64,000 bases of DNA. Origin: an uncultured Thiobacillus sp. (lineage in GTDB: Bacteria > Pseudomonadota > Gammaproteobacteria > Burkholderiales > Thiobacillaceae). The notes under the pieces are model-generated. The model searched no databases and was not told the DNA's origin. It worked only from the letters and a program-made list of their open reading frames with translations. Shown piece by piece: positions 18,263-29,927 of the stretch; positions within the stretch are counted from its first letter, which is position 1, and each line of letters opens with the position of its first letter. The stretch lies in assembly GCA_964440155.1 (NCBI GenBank), contig CAYTRH010000001.1, forward strand, positions 624 to 64,623, in the 5' to 3' direction. The translations under genes were made by a program, and so were the position numbers.

Positions 18263-19057
18263 TCAGCGCAGGATGCCGCGTCCGGGTGTCGCCAGAAACT
18301 CGACCAGGGGCTGCAATTCCGGCCGCTGTCGCGCCTCGTCGGCGATATGGGTACGGGCATCGGCCAAGCCGAGCCCGGACTTGTACAGGGTCTTGTAGGC
18401 ACGCTTCACGGCGGCTATGGCTTCGGCATCGAAGCCGCGGCGTTTCAGGCCCTCGGCATTGATGCCATGCGGGCTGGCGGGATTGCCCGCAACCATGACG
18501 TAGGGCGGTACGTCCTGACGGATCACCGAAGCGATGCCGGTGATCACGTGCGCGCCGATGCGGCAGAACTGGTGCACGCCGGTGAAACCGCCGAGGATGG
18601 CGTGATCCTGTACCACCACATGACCCGCCAGCGAGGCGTTGTTGGCGAAAATGGTGTGGTTGCCGATGACGCAATCATGCGCCACATGCACATAGGCCAT
18701 GATCCAGTTGTCGTCGCCGATGCGGGTCACCCCCTTGTCCTGCACGGTGCCGGTGTTGAAGGTGCAGAACTCGCGTATGACGTTGCCATCACCGATCTCC
18801 AGCCGGGTCGGTTCGCCGGCGTACTTCTTGTCCTGCGGCTGCTCGCCCAGCGAGGCGAACTGGAAGATGCGGTTGCCGCGACCGATCCGGGTATGGCCGG
18901 TGATGACCACGTGCGGCCCCACCTCGGTATCCGCGTCGATCTCCACATGTTCGCCGATCACGCTGTAGGCGCCGATGCGCACGTTCGCACCAAGGCGCGC
19001 GCCGTCCGCCACCAGCGCCGTCGGGTGCACCAAGGCGGTGGGATCGATGGCAGTCAT
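18263..19057 (-). CDS. lpxA: Acyl-ACP--UDP-N-acetylglucosamine O-acyltransferase
   Basis: 264 aa. It has hexapeptide repeats and IDPTALVHPTALV... In the fabZ-lpxA-lpxB context. Confidence 0.95.
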   Translation of the reverse strand: MTAIDPTALVHPTALVADGARLGANVRIGAYSVIGEHVEIDADTEVGPHVVITGHTRIGRGNRIFQFASLGEQPQDKKYAGEPTRLEIGDGNVIREFCTFNTGTVQDKGVTRIGDDNWIMAYVHVAHDCVIGNHTIFANNASLAGHVVVQDHAILGGFTGVHQFCRIGAHVITGIASVIRQDVPPYVMVAGNPASPHGINAEGLKRRGFDAEAIAAVKRAYKTLYKSGLGLADARTHIADEARQRPELQPLVEFLATPGRGILR

Positions 19058-19061
19058 CGCG

Positions 19062-19505
19062 TCAGTCGAGCTGCTTGAGCGTGCACATCAGTTCCGCCTC
19101 GCACGCCAGTTGGCCATCGACGGTGGCCTTGGCGGCGAACTTCCAGATGCCGCGCGTGCAACGCAGGATGCGCGCTTCCATGCGCACCTGGTCGCCGGGA
19201 ACCACGGGCCGCTTGAAACGCGCCGCGTCGATACCGACGAAGTAGATCACGCTGTTTTCCGTCACATCGCGTCCGTCACTCTTGAACGCCAGCAGCCCCG
19301 CGGTCTGCGCCAAGGCCTCGATCAACAATACGCCCGGCATGACCGGGTGATTGGGGAAATGGCCCGGAAAGTGTGGTTCGTTCATGCTGACGTTCTTGAT
19401 GGCGACGATGTGCTCCTTGGGCGTCATTTCCAGCACCCGGTCCACCAGCAGGAACGGGTAGCGGTGCGGCAGATGCCGCATGATCTGTGCGATGTCCATG
19501 GTCAT
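19062..19505 (-). CDS. fabZ: 3-hydroxyacyl-ACP dehydratase FabZ
   Basis: 147 aa. It carries [13 protein letters not shown] and [19 protein letters not shown]. Confidence 0.96.
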   Translation of the reverse strand: MTMDIAQIMRHLPHRYPFLLVDRVLEMTPKEHIVAIKNVSMNEPHFPGHFPNHPVMPGVLLIEALAQTAGLLAFKSDGRDVTENSVIYFVGIDAARFKRPVVPGDQVRMEARILRCTRGIWKFAAKATVDGQLACEAELMCTLKQLD

Positions 19506-20554
19506 TTTTCAGCGGGTTCGATTGGTTGGGACGCGTTCTTTATAAACGACTCCAAGTTCTTGATGCGTTGCGCAAGGCTGTCCAGATGGCGGACGTGAGC
19601 GGCATTGCGCAGCCAGTCGCGATGCGGCATGAGCGGCAGCACGGAAGTGTAGGTTCCCGGTTCGCGAATGTCCTTGGCCACCAGACTGCCACCGGACACG
19701 ATCACCCGGTCGCAGATCTCGATGTGGCCGACGATCATGGCCGCGCCGCCGATCTGACAGTAGGCGCCGATACGCGTGCTGCCGGCGATGCCCGCACAGC
19801 CGGCGATGGCGGTGTGCCGACCGATGCGGCAGTTGTGCGCGATCTGGATGAGGTTGTCGAGTTTGACGCCGTCCTCGATGACGGTGTCGTCCAGGGCACC
19901 GCGGTCTATCGTGGTGTTGGCACCGACCTCCACGTCGTTGCCGACGACCACACGCCCGATCTGGGGCACCTTGACCCAATGATCGCCGTCCCACGCCAGG
20001 CCGAAGCCGTCGGCGCCGATGACGCAGCCGGGATGCAGCACCACGCGGTCACCCAGGATACAACCGTGTTGCACCGTGCTGCGCGTGTGCAGCAGACAAT
20101 CCTGACCGATGCGCGCACCGGCTCCGATCACGGCCAGTGCGCCGATCCGGCTGCGCGCACCGATCACCGCACCCGGGCCGATCACGGCGCCGGCGTCGAT
20201 TTGCACGTCCGGACCGATGAAGGCGTCTTCCGCCACCATTGCGCCGGCATGGATGCCCTCGCCACGAACCGCTGCATCGTCGTGCAACAGCGCCGCCGCA
20301 CGCGCGAACGCGGCGTGCGGGTTGGGCACCGCCAGACAGGCCTGCGGTAGCGCCTCCGCCAGCGCCTCGGGCACGATCAGCGCACCGGCATGAGACGCCC
20401 TGGCCTGCGCCAGATACTTGGCGGAAGTCAGGAAGCCGAGCTGATCGGGGCGGGCGCGCTCCAACGAGGCGACGCTGGTCAGGACGAGATGCGCGTCACC
20501 GCGCAGGTGTCCGCCCAGGTGCGCGTGCAACTCACCGAGCGTGCGGGCGGTCAT
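19502..20554 (-). CDS. lpxD: UDP-3-O-acylglucosamine N-acyltransferase
   Basis: 350 aa, a left-handed beta-helix hexapeptide protein. It has a 4-nt overlap with fabZ. Confidence 0.94.
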   Translation of the reverse strand: MTARTLGELHAHLGGHLRGDAHLVLTSVASLERARPDQLGFLTSAKYLAQARASHAGALIVPEALAEALPQACLAVPNPHAAFARAAALLHDDAAVRGEGIHAGAMVAEDAFIGPDVQIDAGAVIGPGAVIGARSRIGALAVIGAGARIGQDCLLHTRSTVQHGCILGDRVVLHPGCVIGADGFGLAWDGDHWVKVPQIGRVVVGNDVEVGANTTIDRGALDDTVIEDGVKLDNLIQIAHNCRIGRHTAIAGCAGIAGSTRIGAYCQIGGAAMIVGHIEICDRVIVSGGSLVAKDIREPGTYTSVLPLMPHRDWLRNAAHVRHLDSLAQRIKNLESFIKNASQPIEPAEK

Positions 20555-20603
20555 GCGCCGTCGTCGACGAAGCGATTCGGACTGCCGGCTGGCATGGGCG
20601 ACA

Positions 20604-21095
20604 TCAGCGTTCCAGAGCCTTCAGTACCCGGTCGGTGATGTCTACGCGGGTACTGGCGTACACCACGTTCTCCAGGATCAGGTCGAACTTCTCCCGCTCG
20701 GCGATCTCCATGATGGCCTTGCGTGCGCGGTCCTGAACCACGGCGAACTCTTCGTTCTTGCGCTGATTGAGGTCTTCACGGAACTCGCGCTGCGCGTGTT
20801 GCAAATTGCGGCTCAGCGTGGTCAGTTCATTCTGCCGCTTGATCCGCTCGGGTTCGGCCAGGGTCAGTCCTTCCTTCTCCAGGAACGCCTGCAGGTCACG
20901 CGCCTGCCGGATGATGCGCTCGATCTCCTGTTCACGCGCCTGGAACTCCCGTTCCAGCTTTTTCTGCGCGTTCACGGCCAGGCGCGATTCACGAAACACC
21001 TTTTCAGTGTTGACGAAACCGATCTTGAGGTTGGTGTTGGCGTATGCGCTGCCGCCAACGAACAACAGCAGACACAACAGCAAAAGACGCTTCAA
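20604..21095 (-). CDS. skp: Periplasmic chaperone Skp (OmpH)
   Basis: 163 aa. It has a signal peptide and a coiled-coil sequence rich in K/E/Q/R. It lies between bamA and lpxD. Confidence 0.9.
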   Translation of the reverse strand: MKRLLLLCLLLFVGGSAYANTNLKIGFVNTEKVFRESRLAVNAQKKLEREFQAREQEIERIIRQARDLQAFLEKEGLTLAEPERIKRQNELTTLSRNLQHAQREFREDLNQRKNEEFAVVQDRARKAIMEIAEREKFDLILENVVYASTRVDITDRVLKALER

Positions 21096-21112
21096 GGCGG
21101 GACTCCTTCGAA

Positions 21113-23437
21113 TCAGAACACGTTGCCGAGTTGGAACTGGAACGACTGGGTTTCGTCGTCGCTGCTGTGCCGGAACGGTTTGGCAACGGACAGCTTGATC
21201 GGGCCCATCGGCGAATACCAGGTAACCGCCAGACCAGTCGAATAGCGCATGTCGGCAAACGAGAATTTGCTGAAACGTCCGGCGAAATCGTCACCGCCGT
21301 ACACCATACCCATATCCACGAAGGCGCTCAGGCGCACCGAACGGTCATTGGCCATGCCCGGGAACGGGAACAGCACCTCGGCATTGCCGACCAGGCGTTT
21401 GTCGCCGCCGATGGCAAAATTCTCGTTGTTGGCGTTCTTGGCCTTGGGACCCAGTGCGCCGGATTCGAAACCACGCACCGAGCCGATACCGCCGACATAG
21501 AAATTGCGGAACAGCGGCATGCTCTTGCCGCCGTAGCCACCGCCATAGCCGATTTCACCGTTCAGCATCAGGCTGATGTTACGGGTGAGCGGCTTGAGCC
21601 ACTGGTGCTGGTAGCTGAGCTTGTAGTACTTGAAGTCGCCGAGCGGCGTGCCCACCTCGGCGAACGCGCGCTGGTACATGCCTTTGGTGGGGTACAGCAG
21701 ACTGTCACGGGAATCACGCGCCCAGCCGGACTCGAAACGCAGCGTGTCGGTGGTGACGCCGGAGTTATTGCCGCCATAGTCGTTGGCGAACTTCTTGTAG
21801 ACATCGGGCGCGGTGCTGCGCAGGTCGAGTTTGATCCGTTCCGCGGCCAGACCGAAGTTGACGGTGTCCAATTCACTGATCGGCACCCCCAGACGCATGC
21901 CCAGACCGGCGGTCGAGGTGCTGTAATCGGCGACGCTGCTGAGTCGGGAGGTATCGACGTTGCGCATGTAGACGTCATAGCCCAGGCTGATGCCGTCCGG
22001 GGTGAAGTAGGGGTTGGTGAACGACAGCGCATACACCGAGTTGATCCGGCCGCTGTTGATCTGCGCGGACAGGCGGTTGCCGGTGCCGAACAGGTTGTTC
22101 TGCGCGATCGACCCGGACAGCACCAGCCCTTCCGAGCTGGAAAAGCCGGCGCCGAGCAGGATGTTGCCGGTGGGTTGCTCGACCACGTCGACGTTGACGT
22201 CGACCTGGTCGGTGGCGCCGGGCACCGGCGGCGTCTCGATGTTGACTTCCTTGAAATAGCCCAGCCGTTCGACGCGCACACGCGAACGGTTGATCTTGTC
22301 CGCGGCATACCAGGCGCCTTCCATCTGGCGCATCTCCCGTCGGATCACCTCGTCCTTGGTGCGGGTGTTGCCGGCCACGTTGATGCGGCGCACGTAGACC
22401 TTGCGTCCCGGATCGACCAGGAAGGTGAAGGCTGCGCTGCGCTGTTCCTTGTCGATCTCAGGCGCGGCGTTGACGTTGGCGAAGGCGTAACCCTCGTTGC
22501 CTAGGCGGTCACCGATGGCCTTGGTCGACTCGTTCAGCCGCTCGCGCGAAAACACGTCACCGACCTTGAGGCTGACCAGCTTTTGCAGTTCTTCCTCGGC
22601 CACCGGCATGTCGCCGGCGAACTTGTAGTCGGAGACCGTGTAACGCTCGCCTTCGCGGATGTTGATGGTGATGTAGATGTCTTTCTTGTCGGGTGTGATC
22701 GATACCTGGGTCGACTCGATGTCGAACTCCAGATAACCCTGATTCAGGTAATGCGAGCGCAAGGTCTCCAGATCGCCCGCCAGTTTCTGCCGGGAATACT
22801 GGTCGTTCTTGGTCCACCATGACATCATGCCGGTGGTACCCTGGTTGAACAGCTTGAGCAGATCCTTTTCCTTGAACACCGTGGCGCCGACGATGCTGAT
22901 CGCGCGAATCTTGGCGACCGGCCCCTCGGTGACCTCGAAACGCACAGCGACGCGGTTGCGCTCCAGCGGAGTGGTGATGGCCTTGACCTCGACCGCGTAC
23001 ATGCCGCGGTTGTAGTACTGGCGCTTGAGTTCCTGCTCGGCCTTGTCCAGCAGCGACTTGTCGAGGATGCGCCCATCGGCCAGGCCCAACTGCTTGAGAC
23101 CGGCCTTCATGTCATCCTTGGAAAACTCCTTCATGCCGGTGAACTCGACGCTGGCTATGGCCGGTCGCTCGTCCACGGTGACGATCAACACATCGCCCAG
23201 CACTTCCAGGCGGACATCCTTGAAGAAGCCGGTGGCGTATAAAGCGCGGATGGCTTCCGAAGCGCGCTGCTGCGTCAGGGTCTCGCCGACCTTGATCGGC
23301 AGGTAGCTGAACACGGTGCCGGCTTCCGTACGCTGGATGCCTTCCACGCGGATGTCGCGAATCTCGAACGGCTGGAAGGCCTGCGCCTGCGACGCAAACA
23401 GGGCCAGGGCGAGCAGGCTGGGACGGAACACGGGCAT
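21113..23437 (-). CDS. bamA: Outer membrane protein assembly factor BamA
   Basis: From ORF 21113..23488. I chose the start at 23437 (MPVFRPSLLALALFASQAQA, a signal peptide). It has five POTRA-like repeats and a C-terminal barrel ending ...FQFQLGNVF. Confidence 0.95.
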   Translation of the reverse strand: MPVFRPSLLALALFASQAQAFQPFEIRDIRVEGIQRTEAGTVFSYLPIKVGETLTQQRASEAIRALYATGFFKDVRLEVLGDVLIVTVDERPAIASVEFTGMKEFSKDDMKAGLKQLGLADGRILDKSLLDKAEQELKRQYYNRGMYAVEVKAITTPLERNRVAVRFEVTEGPVAKIRAISIVGATVFKEKDLLKLFNQGTTGMMSWWTKNDQYSRQKLAGDLETLRSHYLNQGYLEFDIESTQVSITPDKKDIYITINIREGERYTVSDYKFAGDMPVAEEELQKLVSLKVGDVFSRERLNESTKAIGDRLGNEGYAFANVNAAPEIDKEQRSAAFTFLVDPGRKVYVRRINVAGNTRTKDEVIRREMRQMEGAWYAADKINRSRVRVERLGYFKEVNIETPPVPGATDQVDVNVDVVEQPTGNILLGAGFSSSEGLVLSGSIAQNNLFGTGNRLSAQINSGRINSVYALSFTNPYFTPDGISLGYDVYMRNVDTSRLSSVADYSTSTAGLGMRLGVPISELDTVNFGLAAERIKLDLRSTAPDVYKKFANDYGGNNSGVTTDTLRFESGWARDSRDSLLYPTKGMYQRAFAEVGTPLGDFKYYKLSYQHQWLKPLTRNISLMLNGEIGYGGGYGGKSMPLFRNFYVGGIGSVRGFESGALGPKAKNANNENFAIGGDKRLVGNAEVLFPFPGMANDRSVRLSAFVDMGMVYGGDDFAGRFSKFSFADMRYSTGLAVTWYSPMGPIKLSVAKPFRHSSDDETQSFQFQLGNVF

Positions 23438-23447
23438 GGCGGGGAGG

Positions 23448-24797
23448 TTATCCGACGAAGAGTCGCTGGAGATCGTTGTAAATGGCAAAGAACATCAGGA
23501 GTCCGAGCAGGAAGATGCCGATCTTCTGGCCGATGATCTGGGCGCGCTCGGAAACCGGCCTGCCGGTCAAAAATTCCGCGAGATAATACAGCAAGTGCCC
23601 ACCATCCAGTAACGGCACGGGCAACAGGTTGATCACACCCAGGCTGACGCTGACCAGGGCAAGGAAGGCGACGAATGCGGCCAGACCGATCTGCGCCGAT
23701 TGTCCGGCGTAATCGGCGATGGTGATGGGCCCGGACAGATTCTTCAGCGACGCCTGCCCGAGCACCATGCGGCCGAGCATCTCCAGACTGAACACTGACA
23801 GTTCCCAGGTACGTGTCAGCGCGCGGTAGCCCGAGTCGAGCATGTCGTAACGGGCGACGCCGTGCAGATCCTCCAGCAGGGCAGCGTCGATGTGCGGCGC
23901 GGCGCCAATGCGACCGATGTCCTGGCCGCGCTCATGCGCGACTTCGGGTGTAACCCGTACGAACAGCCGCACGCCGTCGCGCTCGATGATGACATCGAGC
24001 GGGCGGCCGGGCGCCGCGCGCACAATCTTGACCACGTCGTCCCAAAGTTTCGGCTCGATCCCATCGAGGGCGAGGATGCGATCACCGCTGTGCAGACCCG
24101 CGCGGCTGGCCGCGCCGGAGGGGGTCAGATCGCCCAGCACCGGCTCCAGCGGCGGCAGATAGCGCACCAGGCCGTACGCGCGCAGCGGGTTGCGTTCGAA
24201 CTCTTCGTCACGTTGTGGGAGCTCCAGCGTCGGCGTGGCGAGGTGACCGCGCACGTTCTGCACTTCCAGGCGCAGCGGTGTACCGGCGATGCCGTGCCGC
24301 AGTGTCAGCCAGTGCACGTCCTGCCAGCTTTCCACGACCTCCCCATTGATCGACAGCACGCGGTCGCCCGCCTGAATACCGGCTTGTGCCGCTGGCGTGC
24401 CCTCGGGCGGCTCACCCAGCACCGGCTTGAGGATGGGCACGCCGGTCAGGAACAGACCCCAGAACAGCAGGATGGCGAGCAGGAAATTGGCCAGCGGGCC
24501 CGCCGCCACGATCGCGGCGCGGGCACCCAGCGGTTTGCGATTGAACGCCTGGTCGAGCTGGTCCGGAGGTACCGGCGCTTCACGCTCATCCAGCATCTTG
24601 ACGTAGCCTCCCAGCGGTATCGCCGACAGTGCCCATTCCGTGCCATGGCGGTCGACGCGACGCGCGATGACCTTGCCGAAACCGACGGAGAAGCGAAGCA
24701 CCCGCACACCGGCGCGGCGGGCGACGACATAGTGGCCGAGCTCGTGGAACACGATGAGCACGGCCAGCGTGAACAGGAAGGCGAGCAGGGTGGTCAT
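23448..24797 (-). CDS. rseP: RIP zinc metalloprotease RseP
   Basis: The start at 24797 gives MTTLLAFLFTLAVLIVFHELGHYVVARR (HExxH in TM1). It has two PDZ-like regions and a C-terminal NLLPVPLLDGGH motif. Confidence 0.94.
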   Translation of the reverse strand: MTTLLAFLFTLAVLIVFHELGHYVVARRAGVRVLRFSVGFGKVIARRVDRHGTEWALSAIPLGGYVKMLDEREAPVPPDQLDQAFNRKPLGARAAIVAAGPLANFLLAILLFWGLFLTGVPILKPVLGEPPEGTPAAQAGIQAGDRVLSINGEVVESWQDVHWLTLRHGIAGTPLRLEVQNVRGHLATPTLELPQRDEEFERNPLRAYGLVRYLPPLEPVLGDLTPSGAASRAGLHSGDRILALDGIEPKLWDDVVKIVRAAPGRPLDVIIERDGVRLFVRVTPEVAHERGQDIGRIGAAPHIDAALLEDLHGVARYDMLDSGYRALTRTWELSVFSLEMLGRMVLGQASLKNLSGPITIADYAGQSAQIGLAAFVAFLALVSVSLGVINLLPVPLLDGGHLLYYLAEFLTGRPVSERAQIIGQKIGIFLLGLLMFFAIYNDLQRLFVG

Positions 24798-24804
24798 GCC
24801 GATT

Positions 24805-26010
24805 TCAGGCGGCGACGCGCGCGATGAGTTCCCGCGCCAGATGACGCGCCTCGGCGTCAGCCTCTTGCAGATCGTCGAGGCCGTCGGCAGCCAGCCCGGA
24901 AAGCCGATCGAGCACCCCTTCAAGCGTCGTGGCGATGCCGGGGTAGCTCAGGCGATGGTCGAGGAAGGCGGCGACCGCTTCCTCGTTGGCGGCATTGAGC
25001 ACGGCGGGTGCGGCGCCACCGGTGCGCAACGCCTCATAGGCCAGGCCGAGACAGGGAAAGCGGCGCAGATCCGGTGCCTCGAAGGTCAGCGTGCCGGTGC
25101 GCGCCAGATCCAGCCAGGGCACACCTGCGTCGACACGTTCGGGGTAGGCCAGGGCATGCGCGATCGGCGTGCGCATGTCGGGATGCGACAACTGTGCCAG
25201 CACCGACCCGTCGTGATACTCCACCATGCTGTGGATGATGCTCTGCGGGTGGATCACCACGTCGATCTGCTCCGGACGCGCGTCGAACAGCCAGCGTGCC
25301 TCGATCACTTCCAGTCCCTTGTTCATCATGGTGGCGGAATCCACCGAGATCTTGCGTCCCATGACCCAGTTGGGGTGTGCCACCGCCTCCTCGGGGGTGA
25401 CCGCCGCCAGCGTCTCGACCGGGCGAGCGCGGAACGGGCCGCCGGACGCGGTGAGCAGTATGCGGCGCACGCCTGCGGGCAGACCGCCACGCCCAGGTGG
25501 CGGGTCCACGGTGCTCGGAGTCGGTGCGGGCATGCACTGAAACACGGCGTTGTGCTCGCTGTCGATCGGCAGGAGCGTGGCGCCATGGTCGCGTACCGCA
25601 TCCATGAAAAAGCGCCCGGCCATGACCAGGGTTTCCTTGTTCGCCAGCAGCACCCGCTTGCCGGCACGCGCCGCAGCCAGTGCCGGACGCAGACCGGCGG
25701 CACCGACGATGGCCGCCATGACGCTATCCACTTCCGGCAGACTGGCGACGGTTTCCAGCGCTTGGGGACCCGCCAGCACCTCGACATCGATGTCGGCAAG
25801 CAGGGCGCGCAGCGCTTCGGCGCGGTCCTCGGTCAGCACTACGGCATAGCGCGGGCGGAAACGGCGGCACTGCTCGGCAAGGCGTTCGATCTGATGCTGC
25901 CCGCTGAGGGCGACGACGCGAAAGCGCTGCGGGTGGCGGGCCACGACGTCGAGGGTGTTGACGCCGATGGTGCCCGTGGCACCGAGTATGGTCAGGTTGC
26001 GTACGCTCAT
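24805..26010 (-). CDS. dxr: 1-deoxy-D-xylulose 5-phosphate reductoisomerase
   Basis: The start at 26010 gives [23 protein letters not shown]. It also carries [10 protein letters not shown] and NKGLEVIEA motifs. Confidence 0.95.
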   Translation of the reverse strand: MSVRNLTILGATGTIGVNTLDVVARHPQRFRVVALSGQHQIERLAEQCRRFRPRYAVVLTEDRAEALRALLADIDVEVLAGPQALETVASLPEVDSVMAAIVGAAGLRPALAAARAGKRVLLANKETLVMAGRFFMDAVRDHGATLLPIDSEHNAVFQCMPAPTPSTVDPPPGRGGLPAGVRRILLTASGGPFRARPVETLAAVTPEEAVAHPNWVMGRKISVDSATMMNKGLEVIEARWLFDARPEQIDVVIHPQSIIHSMVEYHDGSVLAQLSHPDMRTPIAHALAYPERVDAGVPWLDLARTGTLTFEAPDLRRFPCLGLAYEALRTGGAAPAVLNAANEEAVAAFLDHRLSYPGIATTLEGVLDRLSGLAADGLDDLQEADAEARHLARELIARVAA

Positions 26011-26822
26011 GTCCATCCCATCCATTGCAGCCCCATCCAAAGCAACATGGCTGCCGGCAGCACGGCAGTCAGGCTGTCGACGCGGTCGAGTACGCCACCA
26101 TGGCCGGGCAACAGGCTGCCGCTATCCTTGACGCCCGCCTGACGCTTCAACACGCTCTCCCACAGGTCGCCCAGCACCGACAGGGCAAGCAGCAGCCACG
26201 CGGACCCCAGAGCCAGGAGCAACGCCAATACGCCACGCTCCGACACGCCGAGCAGATATACCGCGGCAGCGTAAACGGACACCGCGAGCCACGCGCCGAA
26301 CAGGCCTTCTAGCGTCTTGCCCGGGCTGATGGCCGGGGCGAGTTTGCGCCGGCCATAGCGCCGTCCGGCGAAATACGCGGCGCTGTCGGCGATGGCCACC
26401 AGACCGACCAGGGCGAGCAGGCCATGGGCCGTTGCGGCGCGCAGTTCGATCAGAGCCACCAGTGCAGGCGTCAGCACCAACAGCCCGATGAGCAGATGTG
26501 TCGGAGTGCCAGGTATGCGGATGCCACGCGCCATCAGCCAAGGTGATACCAGCCAGAACGTCAACGCCGCGGCATGAGGCCAGACCATGGCGGGTGCGGC
26601 CAGGCCGAGCCCGATGCCGAGGGCGACGACCAGGCCGCCGAACGACACCCCGGCCAGCGCGGTCAAGCCGGCCAGTTTGGCCCATTCCCACGCGGCGAGC
26701 CCGGTGACGCCGGCGGCGAGTGCAACCCACACCGGTGTCGGCGCGAAGTAGAGCGCGAGCACGAAGGCCGTGATCAGAGGGAGCGCGGTGGCGACCCGCG
26801 TGCGAGTGGGGTTGGCCGCCAT
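26007..26822 (-). CDS. cdsA: Phosphatidate cytidylyltransferase
   Basis: I chose the internal start at 26822 ([17 protein letters not shown]...). It is a polytopic membrane protein with the C-terminal signature [28 protein letters not shown]. The upstream part of track ORF 26007..27158 overlaps uppS and is spurious. Confidence 0.92.
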   Translation of the reverse strand: MAANPTRTRVATALPLITAFVLALYFAPTPVWVALAAGVTGLAAWEWAKLAGLTALAGVSFGGLVVALGIGLGLAAPAMVWPHAAALTFWLVSPWLMARGIRIPGTPTHLLIGLLVLTPALVALIELRAATAHGLLALVGLVAIADSAAYFAGRRYGRRKLAPAISPGKTLEGLFGAWLAVSVYAAAVYLLGVSERGVLALLLALGSAWLLLALSVLGDLWESVLKRQAGVKDSGSLLPGHGGVLDRVDSLTAVLPAAMLLWMGLQWMGWT

Positions 26823-26832
26823 CGGCGAACGA

Positions 26833-27585
26833 TCAGCGCTTGTCCAATTGCTCGCTGGTACGCCCGAAGCGCCGCTCGCGTCGCTGGTAGGACTGAATCG
26901 CCAGCTCCAGTTGCTTACCGTCGAAATCCGGCCATAGCACGTCGGTGAAATACAGCTCGGAGTAGGCCAGTTGCCACAGCAGAAAGTTGCTGATGCGTTG
27001 CTCGCCCCCGGTGCGGATGAACAGGTCCGGCTCGGGTGCATAGGCCATGGACAGATAGGGGGCCAGCGTTTCCTCATCGGGTTCACCACCGGCGGGATGG
27101 TCCGCCAGCCAGTGCTTGAAGGCATTGAGGATGTCCCAGCGACCACCGTAGTTGGCACAGACGGTGAGCGTCAGGCGCGCATTGCCGTCGGTGCGCTTTT
27201 CACCCCGCTCGATCAGGTCGCGCAAATGGGTGTCGAAGCGCGACAGGTCGCCGACCACCTTCAGGCGCACGCCATTGCGGTGCAGCTTGCCCACCTCCCG
27301 CTCCAGCGCGTGTACGAACAGTTCCATCAGGCGGCTGACCTCGTCCTGCGGACGCCGCCAGTTTTCCGAACTGAACGCGAACAGGGTCAGATATTCGACG
27401 CCCTGATGAATACAGGCCTCGACGATGTCGCGCACCCGCTCCACGCCCTGGGCATGGCCGGCGACCCGCGGCAACAGGCGTTTCTTCGCCCAGCGGCCGT
27501 TGCCATCCATGATGATGGCGATATGCCGTGGCACCGCCGAGATGGCGGGTACGTCCAGGGTCGAGCTGAAGAATTTCTTGATCAT
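26833..27585 (-). CDS. uppS: Ditrans,polycis-undecaprenyl-diphosphate synthase
   Basis: 250 aa. It carries [24 protein letters not shown] and [17 protein letters not shown]. Confidence 0.96.
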   Translation of the reverse strand: MIKKFFSSTLDVPAISAVPRHIAIIMDGNGRWAKKRLLPRVAGHAQGVERVRDIVEACIHQGVEYLTLFAFSSENWRRPQDEVSRLMELFVHALEREVGKLHRNGVRLKVVGDLSRFDTHLRDLIERGEKRTDGNARLTLTVCANYGGRWDILNAFKHWLADHPAGGEPDEETLAPYLSMAYAPEPDLFIRTGGEQRISNFLLWQLAYSELYFTDVLWPDFDGKQLELAIQSYQRRERRFGRTSEQLDKR

Positions 27586-27651
27586 CGTGGCTGCGGGTGA
27601 CGGCGCGGTCTTAGTCTAACCGGGTTTCGAAGCCGGTTCGGCGCCGCGGAC

Positions 27652-28209
27652 TCACACCGCCATCAAATCCTTCTCCTTCTCGGCCGTCAGCTTGTCCACC
27701 TCGGCGATGTAACGGTCGGTGAGTTTCTGGATGTCATCCTGCGCGCGCCGTTCTTCGTCCTCGCCGATCTCCTTGTTCTTCAGCGCGTCCTTGAGATGGG
27801 TGATGGCATCCCGTCGGATGTTGCGCACGGCCACCTTGCCGTTCTCTGCCTCGCCCCGCACCAGCTTGACCAGTTCCCGACGCCGTTCCTCGGTGAGCGG
27901 CGGCATGGGCACCCGGATGATGTCGCCCATCGCGGCGGGATTGAGGCCCAGATCGGCATCGCGTATGGCTTTCTCCACCTTGGACACCATGTTCTTTTCC
28001 CATGGCTGCACACCCAGGGTGTGCGCGTCGATGACGGAGATGTTGGCCACCTGCCCGACGGGGGTGGGATTACCGTAGTAATCGACCTTGACGTGGTCGA
28101 GGATGCCGGGGTTGGCACGACCGGTACGCACCTTGCCGAAATCGGCCTTGAGCGTCTCCAGGGTTTTCTTCATCTTGTCTTCGGCGGTTTTCCGGATGTC
28201 GGCAATCAT
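27652..28209 (-). CDS. frr: Ribosome recycling factor
   Basis: The start at 28209 gives [38 protein letters not shown] (185 aa). Confidence 0.96.
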   Translation of the reverse strand: MIADIRKTAEDKMKKTLETLKADFGKVRTGRANPGILDHVKVDYYGNPTPVGQVANISVIDAHTLGVQPWEKNMVSKVEKAIRDADLGLNPAAMGDIIRVPMPPLTEERRRELVKLVRGEAENGKVAVRNIRRDAITHLKDALKNKEIGEDEERRAQDDIQKLTDRYIAEVDKLTAEKEKDLMAV

Positions 28210-28240
28210 GTCTGTCTCCTTGGAATCGGCCCGTCCGGGG

Positions 28241-28951
28241 TCACAGCACGACCAGCGTGCCCTCGGGCTCGCCCAGCACCACACGCTTGAGCGCACCCGG
28301 CTTGAAGATGCTGAACACGGCCAGCGGCAGTTTCTGGTCACGACACAACGCGAACGCGGCGGTGTCCAGCACGCCGAGCTGACGGGCGATGGCCTCGTCG
28401 AAGGTCAGGCGTTCGTAGCGCGTGGCCTGGGGGTCCTTCATCGGGTCCGCGCTGTACACGCCGTCCACCTTGGTCGCTTTCAGCAACAGGTCGGCACCGA
28501 TCTCCGCGCCGCGCAGCGCCGCGGCGGTATCGGTGGTGAAGAAGGGGTTGCCGGTGCCGCCACCAAAGATCACGACACGTCCGGCTTCCAGGTGACGCAC
28601 GGCGCGATCGCGTTCGAACGCTTCGCCGACGTGCGCGATGGTCACCGCCGTCTGCACCCGCGCCGGCAAGCCGGCGGCCATCAGCGCGTCCTTCAGCGCC
28701 AGCGCGTTCATGACCGTCGCCAGCATGCCCATGCTGTCGGCGGTGGCGCGGTCCATGCCGGCCAGCGCGCCGGTGGCGCCACGGAACAGGTTGCCGCCGC
28801 CGACGACGATGCCGACTTCGGTGCCGAGTTCCACCACCTCCTTGATCTGCGCGACGATGCCGGCCATGGTCTCGCCGTGGTAGCCGAACGCATCCGGCCC
28901 CATCAGCGCCTCGCCCGACAGTTTCAACAGGATGCGGGTGATCGCGGCCAT
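28241..28951 (-). CDS. pyrH: UMP kinase
   Basis: 236 aa. It carries [11 protein letters not shown] and [11 protein letters not shown]. Confidence 0.96.
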   Translation of the reverse strand: MAAITRILLKLSGEALMGPDAFGYHGETMAGIVAQIKEVVELGTEVGIVVGGGNLFRGATGALAGMDRATADSMGMLATVMNALALKDALMAAGLPARVQTAVTIAHVGEAFERDRAVRHLEAGRVVIFGGGTGNPFFTTDTAAALRGAEIGADLLLKATKVDGVYSADPMKDPQATRYERLTFDEAIARQLGVLDTAAFALCRDQKLPLAVFSIFKPGALKRVVLGEPEGTLVVL

Positions 28952-28958
28952 GGCGCGC

Positions 28959-29831
28959 TCAGACCTTGGCAGCCGCGGCGACTTCGGCGGCGAAATCGCT
29001 CACCTTCTTCTCGATGCCCTCGCCGACGATGTACAGCGCGAAACCGTGGCATTGCGCGCCGTTGGCCTTGAGCAGTTGCTCGATGGTCTGCTTGTCGTCC
29101 TTGACGAACGGTTGCGACAACAACGTCACTTCCTTCAGGTACTTCTGCACGCTGCCCTCGGCGATCTTGTCCAGCATCGCCTCGGGTTTGCCGGCTTCCC
29201 GCGCCTTTTCGACGGCCACCCGGCGTTCGGTGTCGATCAGTTCCTGCGGCACGCCGGAGGCATCGAGCGACTTGGGCTTGGATGCGGCGATGTGCATGGC
29301 GATGTCCTTGGCCAGGGCTTCGTTGCCGCTGACGTCGACCAGCACGCCGATCTTGTTGCCGTGGATGTAGCTGGCGAAGCAGCCCTGCGCCTGCATGCGC
29401 GTGAAGCGGCGGATGGTCATGTTCTCGCCGATCTTGCCGACCAGTTCGGTGCGCGCCTCCTCCACCGTCTTGCAAGCGTAGGGCAGGGCGGACAGCGCGG
29501 CGACGTCGGCCGGGTTCTGTTCCAGCACCATGTCCGCGAGCGCACGCGTCAGCGCCAGGAAGTCATCGTTCTTGGCGACGAAGTCGGTCTCGCAGTTGAC
29601 TTCGACCATTGCCGCGATCTTGCCGTCGGCGGCGATGCTGATGGCCACGACCCCCTCGGCGGCGACCCGGCCAGCGCTCTTGGCGGCTTTGTTGCCGAAG
29701 CGGACGCGCAGGATCTCCTCGGCCTTCTGCATGTCACCGGCCGCCTCGCTGAGCGCCTTCTTGCAGTCCATCATGGGCGCGTCGGTACGTTCGCGCAGTT
29801 CCTTCACCATGGAAGCGGTGATTTCCGCCAT
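28959..29831 (-). CDS. tsf: Elongation factor Ts
   Basis: The start at 29831 gives [27 protein letters not shown]. An SD (AGGAGAA) lies upstream. Confidence 0.96.
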   Translation of the reverse strand: MAEITASMVKELRERTDAPMMDCKKALSEAAGDMQKAEEILRVRFGNKAAKSAGRVAAEGVVAISIAADGKIAAMVEVNCETDFVAKNDDFLALTRALADMVLEQNPADVAALSALPYACKTVEEARTELVGKIGENMTIRRFTRMQAQGCFASYIHGNKIGVLVDVSGNEALAKDIAMHIAASKPKSLDASGVPQELIDTERRVAVEKAREAGKPEAMLDKIAEGSVQKYLKEVTLLSQPFVKDDKQTIEQLLKANGAQCHGFALYIVGEGIEKKVSDFAAEVAAAAKV

Positions 29832-29858
29832 TGCATTCTCCTGATTGGTTGCGTATCG

Positions 29859-29885
29859 AAAAAACGCCCCGTTGGTCGGGGCGTC
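29859..29885 (-). terminator. Intrinsic terminator/attenuator hairpin between rpsB and tsf
   Basis: On the minus strand the sequence reads ACGCCCCG-ACCAA-CGGGGCGT followed by TTTTTT, an 8-bp GC stem plus U-tract. It lies between the rpsB stop and the tsf SD. This is analogous to the partial terminator between rpsB and tsf in E. coli. Confidence 0.7.
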
Positions 29886-29927
29886 ATGCATGCTGGCGGC
29901 CGGACGTTGATGTGCGCCCGGCCGGGA

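Noticed and set aside
26823-27158. N-terminal extensions of track ORFs, for example cdsA 26007..27158. The same applies to sdhA to 44572, rseP to 24923, ftsK to 35427, frr to 28341, tsf to 29891, sucA to 40353, sdhE to 42058 and sdhD to 44991.
   Set aside because: The extensions overlap the upstream gene in another frame and lack homology-like sequence. Internal starts give canonical N-termini, often with 4-nt overlaps or an SD.
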